A stretch of DNA of 64,000 bases, taken from NCBI RefSeq assembly GCF_052056295.1, contig NZ_CP182493.1, forward strand, positions 2,123,989-2,187,988. Direction: 5' to 3'. Shown here piece by piece: positions 48,604-58,958 of the stretch. Source of the DNA: Catenovulum sp. SX2. Lineage in GTDB: Bacteria > Pseudomonadota > Gammaproteobacteria > Enterobacterales > Alteromonadaceae. How positions within the stretch are numbered: the first letter of the stretch is position 1; each line of letters begins with the position of its first letter. Made by a program: the position numbers and the translations under genes. The notes beneath the pieces are model-generated. The model was not told the origin of the DNA. It made no database searches and saw only the letters and a list, made by a program, of their open reading frames with translations.

Positions 48604-48830
48604 GTGTGGCTTTACTCCTAAAATGACCAACTGTCAGGCTGGTTAGTCCGCTATTCTGGTATGTTTATTGTTAAATTTCTTTTATTTTATTTTTAAATTA
48701 TTTTACTTAATCTACTTGGCAAGCATAAGTATTACAACTACCCAACATTAACAATTGTTATAGAAAATTGCTCTGAATTACGGAATTGGCTAGCTACAAT
48801 CCCAAATAAAACAATGATTAGGGATAACAC

Positions 48831-50762
48831 ATGCAAGTCAGCCGACTTTTTCTATTACTTACAATTAACTTATTTCTGAGCTGCTACTCAATCAACGTAC
48901 AAGCAACTAACGCTTTACCAACAGCAGCTTTTGCTAGTAAACCCGATGCAGTGAACGTGAGACTTTCACCCGATGGTAATAAAATCGCTTATATGGTCGC
49001 GATTAAACGACCCAATCAATCCGGTACAGCCATAGCGTTACACGATTTATCCAACAACAAACGCAGTTATCTAGCTTTTACCGATGACAAAGAATATAGA
49101 TTCTCCGATTTAGTCTGGGCCAATAATCAATACTTATTAGTAGATGTTGTTTATCCACAATTGCGCAAAGGTTTATTGGTAAACGAATACCGTTTATTAA
49201 AACTAAACGTCATCAATAAAAAAATGACAGGTACCTTATCCGCATCATTTTTGAACGACTTACATTATGTGCCTAACGTTCAATCAGTCATTTTAGATCT
49301 ATTACCAAATGAGCCAGACCACTTTTTAATTGAAATTGGCGGACGAATGTACAACGCAGAGCCTTCAGTGGTAAAAATATCGCTAAAAGATGGTGAGCGC
49401 GAACAATATGTGCAAATGCCATATGAAGATATTAGAGGTTGGCTAACAGACCAACAAGGTAATGTACGCATTGCCACAGCAAGGAACAAAGACGAATATA
49501 CAATTTACCAAGTCCCAGCCAACAACAAATCCATTAAAGATTTTACCAAACTATGGTCGTACCAAGCATTCTCAGAAGACGTTATTACTCCACTGGGTTT
49601 TGCCAAAAACCCGAACATACTGTATGTACAAGCTTACCATCAAGGTTATTTAGCCGTCTTTAAAGTTGACTTAAGCAGCAATGATAAACAATTGCAATTA
49701 GTGCAAGATGCAAACAAACGCGACTTAACGGGCAAAATGCGCTATTCAAACAAAATTGGTGATTATGTGGGGAAAGGCAATACATACTGGCATCCACAAG
49801 CTAAAGCTTTTAAACAAGAATTAGATTCAGCGCTGCCTAATTTACGCAACCGCATTATTAGCAGCAGCTTGGATGAAAACCGTTATGTCTTATATTCCAC
49901 CTCAGACACCAATGCTGGTATCTATTTTTTAGGAGATAAAACCACAGGTTCACTCAGTAAAATCGCTAACAAATATAATGAATTAGAACCAAGCTTAATG
50001 GCAGAAAAACAACAACTCAGTTATCAAGCACGAGACGGGTTAAACATAGAGGCGTATTTGACACTACCTCTTGGCGACAAACAAAAAAATTTGCCAACCG
50101 TCATATTTCCGCATGGCGGCCCAATCAGTTTTGATAATGACGACTTTGATTATTGGACACAGTTTTTTGCCAACAGAGGGTACGCTGTATTTCAAATGAA
50201 CTTTCGTGGTTCGTACGGCTATGGTTACGATTTTATGCACCAAGGTATTCAAGCTTGGGGGCAAAGCATGCAAGATGATGTTGAAGACGGTACGCGCTGG
50301 TTAATCAAACAAGGCATAGCTGACCCACAAAAAATTTGTATTGTTGGCAGTAGTTATGGTGGTTATGCTGCTTTAATGGGTACAGTAAAAACACCTGATT
50401 TATACCAATGTGCTATTAGTTATGCAGGCATTAGCGACATTGAAAAATTAGTTAAATCACACAAAAAGTTTATTGGATACGAGATAGCAAAAAAACAAAT
50501 AGGTGAAGACCGCAACCAATTATGGGATAACTCACCGTTAAAATATGTCGACAAGATCACCACGCCTATTTTGTTAATTCATGGTGACAAAGATCGCTCA
50601 GTTAAAATCGAGCAAAGTGAAGATATGTTTCAAGCACTGCAGAGCGCCGATAAACAAGTGAATTATTTACCACTGCCAGACGCGAATCACTATCTATCAA
50701 ATGCCCTAGATAGGCTAAAAGCCTTCCAGGCTATGGAAGATTTTTTACGTCAGTATTTGTAG
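48831..50762 (+). CDS. S9-family serine peptidase (prolyl oligopeptidase / dipeptidyl-peptidase-like, beta-propeller plus alpha/beta-hydrolase)
   Basis: Signal peptide. Catalytic Ser in GSSYGGYAA. Asp and His in the C-terminal region (IHGDKDRSV; ANHYL). Confidence 0.85.
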   Translation: MQVSRLFLLLTINLFLSCYSINVQATNALPTAAFASKPDAVNVRLSPDGNKIAYMVAIKRPNQSGTAIALHDLSNNKRSYLAFTDDKEYRFSDLVWANNQYLLVDVVYPQLRKGLLVNEYRLLKLNVINKKMTGTLSASFLNDLHYVPNVQSVILDLLPNEPDHFLIEIGGRMYNAEPSVVKISLKDGEREQYVQMPYEDIRGWLTDQQGNVRIATARNKDEYTIYQVPANNKSIKDFTKLWSYQAFSEDVITPLGFAKNPNILYVQAYHQGYLAVFKVDLSSNDKQLQLVQDANKRDLTGKMRYSNKIGDYVGKGNTYWHPQAKAFKQELDSALPNLRNRIISSSLDENRYVLYSTSDTNAGIYFLGDKTTGSLSKIANKYNELEPSLMAEKQQLSYQARDGLNIEAYLTLPLGDKQKNLPTVIFPHGGPISFDNDDFDYWTQFFANRGYAVFQMNFRGSYGYGYDFMHQGIQAWGQSMQDDVEDGTRWLIKQGIADPQKICIVGSSYGGYAALMGTVKTPDLYQCAISYAGISDIEKLVKSHKKFIGYEIAKKQIGEDRNQLWDNSPLKYVDKITTPILLIHGDKDRSVKIEQSEDMFQALQSADKQVNYLPLPDANHYLSNALDRLKAFQAMEDFLRQYL

Positions 50763-51651
50763 AAGCTCCCGAAACCAAATACCCAAAACCAGCCCCAGTG
50801 ACAAACATCAATAAACTATATGTGATGGCTGGGGTGGTCATTAACGGATTTTGCAGAATACTATTCGCCACCAGCAAAGCTAACGTACCGTTTTGAATAC
50901 CAACCTCAATGCCAATACTGATCGACTGAGCTTTGTTTAAACCCGTCCATTTGGCAATAAAAAAACCGAGCGCCAAGGTGCTAACATTTAAAATAACAGT
51001 CGCTAAGCCTGTGGATAAGAAGTAGTCCGCCATATTAGCCCACTCACTGGCGACTATGCCGGCGATAATCACAAACAAAAACACCAAAGACAGTACTTTT
51101 ACCGGTTTGTCTGCTTTAGCGGAAAAGCTTGGCCATTTAGCATGTATCCACATACCTATCGCCACTGGCACTATAGTGATCACAACCAATTGAGCTATGG
51201 TTTTGCCTAGCGGTAAAGAGAAGGCTTGGGATTCAGCCATAAAGATATCCATCATCCACACGGTTAACAAAGGTATGCTAAATGGTGTGATTAGACTGAC
51301 CACAGCAGTTAGGCTAATCGACAAAGCCGTATCCCCCCCCGACAAATAACTATACATGTTGGAGGTAACACCACCGGGGCAAAAAGTCAGTAGCATTAAG
51401 CCAACCGCTAATTCAGCAGTAAAACCAAACAGAATCACCATAATGTAACCTACCAAGGGTAACAGCAGCATTTGGCTGGTAATGCCAATAAATGCGGCTT
51501 TGGGGTAGGTTATCACCCGGCTAAAATCGGCTAACTTTAGCGACAAGCCCATGCCGAGCATAATAATAAATAACGAAGCAGGTAAAATTACTTGCGACAA
51601 AACAGTTGCTTGCATATACACACCTAAAAACAGATAAAAGCTTATTAACAA
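50731..51651 (-). CDS. Bile acid:sodium symporter (BASS) family transporter
   Basis: About 9 TM helices. BASS hallmark blocks (LMLLTFCPGGVTSNMYSYLSGGD, QNGTLALLVA). Its 3' end overlaps the convergent peptidase gene by 32 bp. Confidence 0.75.
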   Translation of the reverse strand: MLISFYLFLGVYMQATVLSQVILPASLFIIMLGMGLSLKLADFSRVITYPKAAFIGITSQMLLLPLVGYIMVILFGFTAELAVGLMLLTFCPGGVTSNMYSYLSGGDTALSISLTAVVSLITPFSIPLLTVWMMDIFMAESQAFSLPLGKTIAQLVVITIVPVAIGMWIHAKWPSFSAKADKPVKVLSLVFLFVIIAGIVASEWANMADYFLSTGLATVILNVSTLALGFFIAKWTGLNKAQSISIGIEVGIQNGTLALLVANSILQNPLMTTPAITYSLLMFVTGAGFGYLVSGASTNTDVKNLP

Positions 51652-51776
51652 GCATAGTCAGGGTTTTATTAAATAGCCTGTTTGGCTTGGATAAAACACA
51701 AGTGCCACCGGTAGCAATACTGTGCTAAAATACAAAAGTTGGTCTTAAATAGGATCTGATAATCGAGAGTTTAATT

Positions 51777-53285
51777 ATGCACAATTCACCTTCTGCTAGT
51801 TTAGCGGTACAAGTACATCCAAATGACAATGTTGCAGTTGCGGTTGCACCTTTAAGCAAAGGCCAAACCATAGAGATTGCAGGTACACAAATAACCTTAG
51901 CGGAAGATATCAGCCAAGGGCATAAACTCAGCTTAACGTCCATCAAACAAGGTGACGACATTTTTAAATATGGTTATAGCATTGGCCAAACCACTGCTGA
52001 CATAGCTGCCGGCCAGCATGTACATAGCCATAATTTGCGCACTAAACTCGACGGTTCTGAAACTTATCAATATCAAGCTCAGTTAGTTGCTACACCACCA
52101 CAGCAAAATATCCCAACTTTTAACGGTTATTTACGCGGCAATGGCAAAGTAGGTATTCGCAATGAAATTTGGATAATCAATACGGTTGGTTGTGTAAACC
52201 AAGCAGCGAAAAAAATCACCGATATCTGCAAACAAAAATATTCTGGCCAAGCAGATGATTTTATTGCACTCACTCACCCATTTGGATGCTCACAATTAGG
52301 TGACGATTTATCCAACACCAAAACCTTATTATCTAGCTTGATGCAAAACCCCAACGCCGGCGGCGTGGTGATGATAGGTTTGGGCTGCGAAAACAATCAG
52401 TTAAAAAAATTAATTTCTGATTTACCGGATATAGACACCTCAAGATTTCGCTATTACAACTCACAAGAAGTTATAGACGAAATTCAAACTGGCGTGGATT
52501 ATGTTGCCGAATTACTCGAATTAATGGCGGCAGATAAACGTACAATTCAGCCTGTGAGTAAACTGGCATTAGGCATGAAGTGTGGTGGCTCAGACGGTTT
52601 TAGCGGTATTACTGCCAATGCGATAGTTGGCCGTGTAACCGACATATTAACTCAATATGGTGGCCGAGTTATTTTAACCGAAACACCAGAAATGTTTGGT
52701 GCTGAACAGGTATTAATGAACCGCGCTGTCAGCACAGACATATTTGAAAAAATAGTCAAACTGGTAGATGAGTTTAAACAATACTTTATCGCCAACAATC
52801 AGCCTGTTTACGAAAATCCATCACCGGGAAATAAAGCTGGCGGTTTAACCACATTAGAAGAAAAGTCACTAGGTGCCATTCAAAAAGGTGGTCGCGCAAG
52901 CATTAACCAAGTAATAGATTACGGCCAAATCGCCACCTTAGAGCAAGGTTTAACCTTATTGCAAGCGCCGGGTAATGATGCTGTATCTTCCACTGCGTTA
53001 GCAGCTGCCGGGGCAAATATGGTGTTATTCACTACAGGCCGTGGCACGCCACTTGGCTTTCCAATTCCAACGGTAAAAATATCCAGTAATTCAGGTATTG
53101 CAGAGCGCAAACCACATTGGATAGATTTTAATGCTGGAGAAATTTTAGATAAAGGCATCAGTGTTGATGACAGTGCCAACGCGCTATTTGAATACATATT
53201 ACGCGTGGCATCTGGCGAACAAACCAATAACGAAAAAAATGACAACCGAGAAATTGGTATTTGGAAAAATGGTGTAACTCTTTAA
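51777..53285 (+). CDS. uxaA: Altronate dehydratase (UxaA family hydro-lyase)
   Basis: 502 aa. N-terminal SAF domain, then the UxaA/GarD C-terminal domain (HPFGCSQLGDD, GLGCENN, MKCGGSDGFSG, QAPGNDAVSSTALAAAGANMVLFTTGRGTP). Confidence 0.85.
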   Translation: MHNSPSASLAVQVHPNDNVAVAVAPLSKGQTIEIAGTQITLAEDISQGHKLSLTSIKQGDDIFKYGYSIGQTTADIAAGQHVHSHNLRTKLDGSETYQYQAQLVATPPQQNIPTFNGYLRGNGKVGIRNEIWIINTVGCVNQAAKKITDICKQKYSGQADDFIALTHPFGCSQLGDDLSNTKTLLSSLMQNPNAGGVVMIGLGCENNQLKKLISDLPDIDTSRFRYYNSQEVIDEIQTGVDYVAELLELMAADKRTIQPVSKLALGMKCGGSDGFSGITANAIVGRVTDILTQYGGRVILTETPEMFGAEQVLMNRAVSTDIFEKIVKLVDEFKQYFIANNQPVYENPSPGNKAGGLTTLEEKSLGAIQKGGRASINQVIDYGQIATLEQGLTLLQAPGNDAVSSTALAAAGANMVLFTTGRGTPLGFPIPTVKISSNSGIAERKPHWIDFNAGEILDKGISVDDSANALFEYILRVASGEQTNNEKNDNREIGIWKNGVTL

Positions 53286-53291
53286 GATAAA

Positions 53292-53336
53292 TACATTTAT
53301 TACATTTGCATACGTATGTAATTGTAATAAATGTAT
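53292..53336. promoter_or_regulatory. About 45-bp near-perfect palindrome (tacatttattaca-tttgc-atacgtat-gtaat-tgtaataaatgta) 60 bp upstream of the RND efflux operon; candidate operator
   Basis: Read directly. Self-complementary core CATACGTATG flanked by 13-bp perfect arms TACATTTATTACA/TGTAATAAATGTA. Confidence 0.45.
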
Positions 53337-53399
53337 AGATTAGTATGATTAAATGTTAAATTAACTTCTGGAACTCAATTATGATGCCGGAACTAATCA

Positions 53400-54599
53400 A
53401 TGACCTTTTTTTCAAAAATTCCACTCGCGCTCAAAATTCTCATCCCCGGAGTGGCAATTGTTTTTGTTGTCGCAACCGCCAAACCTAAACCACAGCCAGC
53501 ACCTCCAGTAGAAACACCTGTGGTCAAAACCCAGGTTGAAACTGTTAGTGTAGAAAAAACCACACAAACTGTTTTACTTGAAAGCCAAGGCACAGTTGAA
53601 CCTCAACGCAGCTCACAGCTTATGCCGCAAGTGAGTGGCAAAATAGTAAAATTGGCTAACAACTTTGCTGATGGTGGCGTATTTAGCGCCAACCAAATAC
53701 TGATTGAGTTAGACGACAGTAACTATCAAGTAGCTTTAGCACAAGCACAATCTGCTTTAGCTGAAGCACAAATGCAACTTGCAACCGAACAAGCGCAATC
53801 ACAAGAAGCGCAAAGGCAATGGCAAGAACTGGGTAATGCAGCTGCTAATGCGTTATTTAAACGTGAACCGCAACTCGCTGCTGCCCAAGCCAAATTCGCC
53901 GCCGCGCAAGCGAATGTTACTAAAGCTAAACTAGATTTAACCCGCACTAAAATATCTTTGCCATTTACCGGCCGAATTGAAAATATCCAAGTGGGTATAG
54001 GTCAATTTGTTGGAACTGGAACCACTTTAGCAACTGTGTATGACACCAGCAAAGTGCAAATAAAGTTGCCGCTAACCGAAAAACAAACCGGCCTAATTGA
54101 TCTATCAATCTTACAGCTTTCACAGCAACCTAAGCAGAATTCAACAGTCGAAATAACCAGCTTTTATGCAGGCCAGCAACACCTCTGGTTTGGCCAAATA
54201 GAACGTATTGGTGCTCGTTTAGATAACAATACGCGCATGTTAGATTTAATTGTCACTTTAGAACAAAGCCAACAAATATCGCAACAAGGTTTACCTATTT
54301 TGGTTGGCATGTTTGTTAACGGCAAAATAACCAGTAAACCAATAGAGCAGCTAATTCAACTTCCAAAACAAGCCTTGTTTAAACGCAACCAAATTTATCT
54401 AGTAGATGACAACAGTAAAGTACTGCAACAGCAAGTTGAAGTAATTGCTAAATCAACCGACACAGTGTGGATAACAGCACAACAAATAGCTAATGGCAGC
54501 CAAGTTATTATCAATAAACTCGGTTTTCTCTCACCCGGGACAGACGTCACTACCCAAGCTGAAACACCAGCTACAGCGCAACTAACTGACGCTAACTAG
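53400..54599 (+). CDS. RND efflux pump periplasmic adaptor (membrane fusion protein, HlyD family)
   Basis: N-terminal TM anchor, coiled-coil region (QVALAQAQSALAEAQMQLATEQAQSQEAQRQ), beta-barrel and lipoyl-like segments. Confidence 0.85.
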   Translation: MTFFSKIPLALKILIPGVAIVFVVATAKPKPQPAPPVETPVVKTQVETVSVEKTTQTVLLESQGTVEPQRSSQLMPQVSGKIVKLANNFADGGVFSANQILIELDDSNYQVALAQAQSALAEAQMQLATEQAQSQEAQRQWQELGNAAANALFKREPQLAAAQAKFAAAQANVTKAKLDLTRTKISLPFTGRIENIQVGIGQFVGTGTTLATVYDTSKVQIKLPLTEKQTGLIDLSILQLSQQPKQNSTVEITSFYAGQQHLWFGQIERIGARLDNNTRMLDLIVTLEQSQQISQQGLPILVGMFVNGKITSKPIEQLIQLPKQALFKRNQIYLVDDNSKVLQQQVEVIAKSTDTVWITAQQIANGSQVIINKLGFLSPGTDVTTQAETPATAQLTDAN

Positions 54600-54610
54600 A
54601 GGCAAAACAA

Positions 54611-57600
54611 ATGAATGGATTAATCGCTTGGTTTGCACGTAACTCAGTTGCCGCCAACTTACTCATGTTAACCATATTCCTCGGTGGTATTTATGGGATA
54701 GAAGAAGTCGAGAAAGAAGTATTTCCATCGACCGAAACCAATGTAGTCAACATAAATATGGCGTATTTGGGTGCAGGCCCCAGAGAAGTTGAACAACAAA
54801 TAGTTACCCGTATCGAAGAAGCCATTGCCGATTTACCCGGTATCTTTCAGATACGCTCGGCTGCGAGAAACGGTAGCGCTAATGTTTCAGTTGAGATAGT
54901 TGAAGGTTATCCAATCAAAGAAGCTTTAGCGGATATAAAACTTAGAGTTGATGCAATCAATACCTTTCCCGGTAATACCGAACGGCCGATCATCAGCCAG
55001 CGTATTTACCGCGTGCCGCTGATGTTTTTTACCTTATCGGGTGATGCTGACGATAAATTAATGAAAGCCAAAGCGCAGCAAATAGCCGATGAAATGGCAT
55101 TATTAGAAGGGGTTTCAACTGTTAATTATTCAGGCACTAAAGCCGATGAAGTCAGTATCGAGCTGTCTGAATATCAACTTAGAAAATACAATTTAACTTT
55201 TGACCAAATCGCCACAGCCATTCGCAACGCATCCCTTAATTTACCAGCAGGCACAATTAAATCTTCTGTTGGCAATATTCAAATTCAAACGCGTAACCAA
55301 GCGTATAACGCTGCCGATTTTGCGCAAATTGTTATTATGTCGGACGCACAAGGTAGAGAAATTCTCTTAGGTGATATTGCGCAAATTGACGATGGTTTCA
55401 CCGAAGATGACTCGTCGGTTAAATTTAATGGCATAAAAGCAGTCGATTTTCGTGTGATGATCAGTGACGATCCAGACCTCTTTGCCGGTACAGAAAACGC
55501 TCGTAACTATTTATTAGAATTAAATAAAAACCTACCTTCGGGTATGCAAATAGACATCAATTATGAAATGAAAGAGCTATTCGACAGCCGCTTAAATTTA
55601 TTAACCGATAATGCGCTCGGCGGCCTAGTACTGGTTTTTATCATTTTAGTTTTGTTTCTACGTCCAGCCTTGGCTTTATGGGTATGTATTGGTATTGCCA
55701 CAGCTTTTGCGGGTGCAATTTGGTTATTAACCTACTTTGATGTCACAGTGAACATGTTTTCTATGTTCGCCTTTTTAGTAGTGCTTGGTATTGTAGTTGA
55801 TGATGCTATTGTAGTCGGCGAAGCTGTTTATAGCCAACAAAAGAAACAACTACAAAACCGTTTAGACAGCGCTATTATTGGTAGCCAATTAGTATTAAAA
55901 CCTGTGGTATTGGCGGTATTAACCACGATTATTTTATTCGCCCCCATGTTATTTGTGCCAATGGATGTTGAGCCCTTTACTCACTCAATTTTCTTTGTAG
56001 TGGCCTTGAGTTTAATTTTCTCCTTGGTTGAATGTTTATTGATTCTGCCGGCGCATTTAGCCCATTTAAAACCAGAAAAACAATCTAAATTTGTATTGTT
56101 GGCGACATTACAAAATAAGCGCCAAATGCTTGCAGATAAAATGGAGCAGTTTGCGCAAAATACTTATGGCAAAAAGCTTGCGGGCATGGTTGAACAAAGT
56201 GGTGCGACTTTGGTTGCCTTTGTTTTAGCCTGTGCACTTAGTGTCGCCACTTTTATTGGTGGTTGGCTAAACACCAGCTTCTTCCCAAATATTCCGCAAA
56301 CCTTTATTTCCGTTAATGTTAGCTTGCCTGAAGCTGCGCCTTACAGCGAAGCATTGCGCATCGCCAATTATATTGAAGGCAAAGTTCAACTACTGAGTGA
56401 AGACCAAGAAATGCTCGCTGCTAACGACAATGTGCCTTTTGTAACTGAAATAAAAACCAATGCTCGTACCGGCAATGCCAATGTATTTGTTGGTTTATCC
56501 ATGCCGGAAATTCGCATTTTGCCAGTACAGGATATTTCGAAAAAACTCCAAGATATGATAGGCCCATTGCCAGAGGCAAAAAGTTATTCTTTAGCCTTTA
56601 GTTTTGGTGGTGAACAATCAGATATTTTCTTAAATATGAATATTGCCGCCAATGACTTAACTAGCCAACAAGCAGCTGTTGCGGACGTTTCAGATACACT
56701 TGCCAGTTACCCTGGGGTTATCAACGTTCGTTCGAGTTTAGAGTCTGAAAAAATCGAAGTTGAACTGTCGCTAAAACCGCATGCTGAAACTTTGGGGATA
56801 GATTTAGCCATGATAGCGCGCCAAGTACGTCAAGCGATTTATGGTGAAACAGTTCAGCGTATTCCTCGTGGTAAAGAAGACGTGCGAGTGATGCTCAAGT
56901 TCCCAGAATCACATCGCCGCAGTTTAGATGAAATTTATTCAATGCGTATTCGCAATCCACAAGGTTATGAAGTACCAATTGAAACCGTAGCGGATGTGAA
57001 ACTCATTCCTGGATTTAGTCAAATAGAACGGGTAGATAGACGCCGTAATATCGAAATAACCGCAGATATCCAAGAAGGCTATGATGCCAATGCTACTGTA
57101 GAACAAATGCTCAGCGATAATTTAGCGCAATGGCAACTCAAACATATAGGGTTAAATTTAAGTACCGACGGTAACTTACGCGCACAACAAGCTTTTACCC
57201 AAGGTTTGCAAGTTAACTTGTTGGTGGCGCTAGCAATTGCTTATGCGTTGATGGCGATAGTATTCCGCTCATATTGGGAACCGTTATTAGTATTAACCGC
57301 AGTACCTTTTGGTTTTATGGGCGCAGTTTGGGGGCATTTATTACTAGATTTAGATATCAGCATGATGTCATTTTTTGGCTTTTTAGCCTGCGCTGGTGTT
57401 GTGGTAAACGACAACTTAGTTTTACTCTCAAGGCTCAAAGATCTAGTTGAGCAAGGAGTGGATGTTAAACACGCAGTAGTGCAAGCAGGCGTCGATAGAT
57501 TCCGCGCTATTGTCTTAACCTCACTCACCACCTTTGTCGGTTTATTACCTATTCTGTTCGAAAAGAGCAACCAAGCACAGTTTTTAATCCCTATGGTAGT

Positions 57601-57760
57601 CGCTTTATCATTTGGGGTATTGTTTGCCTCAGTGGTGACTTTGATATTTGTGCCAACTTTATATTGGCAAAGTCATAAGTTTAGCAACTGGGTTAAAGGG
57701 CTATTTTCGCTATTGTCGCAGCAACTTGCTGCACAAAAACAACAGTTAGATCAAGAATAA
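54611..57760 (+). CDS. RND-family efflux transporter permease (AcrB/AcrD/AcrF superfamily)
   Basis: 1049 aa, 12-TM architecture with two large periplasmic loops. Starts 12 bp after the adaptor gene. Confidence 0.9.
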   Translation: MNGLIAWFARNSVAANLLMLTIFLGGIYGIEEVEKEVFPSTETNVVNINMAYLGAGPREVEQQIVTRIEEAIADLPGIFQIRSAARNGSANVSVEIVEGYPIKEALADIKLRVDAINTFPGNTERPIISQRIYRVPLMFFTLSGDADDKLMKAKAQQIADEMALLEGVSTVNYSGTKADEVSIELSEYQLRKYNLTFDQIATAIRNASLNLPAGTIKSSVGNIQIQTRNQAYNAADFAQIVIMSDAQGREILLGDIAQIDDGFTEDDSSVKFNGIKAVDFRVMISDDPDLFAGTENARNYLLELNKNLPSGMQIDINYEMKELFDSRLNLLTDNALGGLVLVFIILVLFLRPALALWVCIGIATAFAGAIWLLTYFDVTVNMFSMFAFLVVLGIVVDDAIVVGEAVYSQQKKQLQNRLDSAIIGSQLVLKPVVLAVLTTIILFAPMLFVPMDVEPFTHSIFFVVALSLIFSLVECLLILPAHLAHLKPEKQSKFVLLATLQNKRQMLADKMEQFAQNTYGKKLAGMVEQSGATLVAFVLACALSVATFIGGWLNTSFFPNIPQTFISVNVSLPEAAPYSEALRIANYIEGKVQLLSEDQEMLAANDNVPFVTEIKTNARTGNANVFVGLSMPEIRILPVQDISKKLQDMIGPLPEAKSYSLAFSFGGEQSDIFLNMNIAANDLTSQQAAVADVSDTLASYPGVINVRSSLESEKIEVELSLKPHAETLGIDLAMIARQVRQAIYGETVQRIPRGKEDVRVMLKFPESHRRSLDEIYSMRIRNPQGYEVPIETVADVKLIPGFSQIERVDRRRNIEITADIQEGYDANATVEQMLSDNLAQWQLKHIGLNLSTDGNLRAQQAFTQGLQVNLLVALAIAYALMAIVFRSYWEPLLVLTAVPFGFMGAVWGHLLLDLDISMMSFFGFLACAGVVVNDNLVLLSRLKDLVEQGVDVKHAVVQAGVDRFRAIVLTSLTTFVGLLPILFEKSNQAQFLIPMVVALSFGVLFASVVTLIFVPTLYWQSHKFSNWVKGLFSLLSQQLAAQKQQLDQE

Positions 57761-57771
57761 AAATTGCCCAA

Positions 57772-58251
57772 ATGGTATTTAAATTAGCGCTAACAAGCTT
57801 CCAAGTATTGCTGGCAGTGATCTATTTCTCTGCAGGTATGAGCAAGTTATTCCATAGTTTCCCACACATAATCGGTCCAGTATGGTTGATAGAAGAGCTG
57901 GGTAAGTACCAGTTAGCTTTGTTTGGGTATTTTATTGCTGGGGCGCAAATACTGGTTGGGTTTCTGCTGTTTTTTAATCGATTTAGATTAATAGCAGCGC
58001 TAATGTTGTTACCCATGCACTTGTGCATAACCATCATTCCAATATCACTAGGCTGGCAAGGCACACCTTATGTAAATGGTGCTCTGCTGCTAATGATATT
58101 GGCAATTTTGTATAGCGAAAAGACTAGACTAGTGGCTTTGGTCGGCCAAGCAGCTAGTGGAAATACACCGCCCAACAAATATGTTTATGTAGTTACTTTT
58201 GTTATTTGCTGGGTATTTGCATTGTTACTCAAGTTTGTTTTTGGTAAGTGA
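57772..58251 (+). CDS. DoxX-like small membrane protein
   Basis: 159 aa, 4 TM helices, starting 12 bp after the RND permease. Family assignment tentative. Confidence 0.4.
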   Translation: MVFKLALTSFQVLLAVIYFSAGMSKLFHSFPHIIGPVWLIEELGKYQLALFGYFIAGAQILVGFLLFFNRFRLIAALMLLPMHLCITIIPISLGWQGTPYVNGALLLMILAILYSEKTRLVALVGQAASGNTPPNKYVYVVTFVICWVFALLLKFVFGK

Positions 58252-58430
58252 ATATCTGTGGTAATTGGCTTCACTTCCATCAAACTATCCCGTGATTTTT
58301 TGTCGATAGGCGATGATCATTACTGGGCATCACTTATCCGACTAAAAATGGTGGAAAAAGTACACTACAGCTATTGTGAATAAGTACTACTTACCAAGTC
58401 TAGTTGGTTTAACAATAGCAAAATATCCCA

Positions 58431-58676
58431 TCATAATAACCACAGGCAAAGCTCAATATAACTATCTACAACTCTGAGTAACCAGAAAGCCGGCAATACA
58501 ACGCCGAAAACTTGCCAAATATTAAATAAAACCCATTTTTTAGCTTTTAACGATAAGAAATGTAGTTTTGCTAAAAAGAATTCAACCACAATTAAGATCA
58601 CGCCAACTAGCAAGATAACGGCTAGTGGAAGGGAATCAAACCAAGAAAGCATATTCAAACAGCAAAAAGGTACCAA
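58431..58676 (-). CDS. Hypothetical small membrane protein (81 aa), see previous entry
   Basis: Hydrophobic ORF, no homology recognised. Confidence 0.25.
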   Translation of the reverse strand: MVPFCCLNMLSWFDSLPLAVILLVGVILIVVEFFLAKLHFLSLKAKKWVLFNIWQVFGVVLPAFWLLRVVDSYIELCLWLL

Positions 58677-58921
58677 ATGAAGCCAATTACAACAATAATT
58701 CTTACTGAAACCAGCAATTTTATTATGGATTTATCAGATTGGCTTATTAACGAAGAAAACTCACTCTTCCCATAAACAGCGTTTTTTACTCTAACCCTAT
58801 CAGACTGGTAATAATGAATTTTCTGATCTTGAGGAATCTGTTTAGCGACTTTTCTAATGAGCAAGTGTAATAGCAAGCTCAGAAAAAATAATGTTACTAA
58901 GACTATTATAAGCGCAAGCAT
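58655..58921 (-). CDS. Hypothetical small membrane protein (88 aa). It overlaps by 22 bp the next small membrane ORF (58431..58676); the two may be one gene split by a frameshift.
   Basis: Both ORFs are strongly hydrophobic, on the same strand, in different frames, immediately downstream of the TonB-C lipoprotein gene. Confidence 0.3.
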   Translation of the reverse strand: MLALIIVLVTLFFLSLLLHLLIRKVAKQIPQDQKIHYYQSDRVRVKNAVYGKSEFSSLISQSDKSIIKLLVSVRIIVVIGFIWYLFAV

Positions 58922-58958
58922 TTAGTTACCTTTTTAAATTTGTATGAATTCGCGCAAA

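Noticed and set aside
50731-50762. The 32-bp 3' overlap between the convergent S9 peptidase and BASS transporter genes was considered as evidence of a mis-called stop or a frameshift.
   Set aside because: Both C-termini look complete for their families, and convergent overlaps of this size occur in compact genomes. No alternative frame gives better homology.
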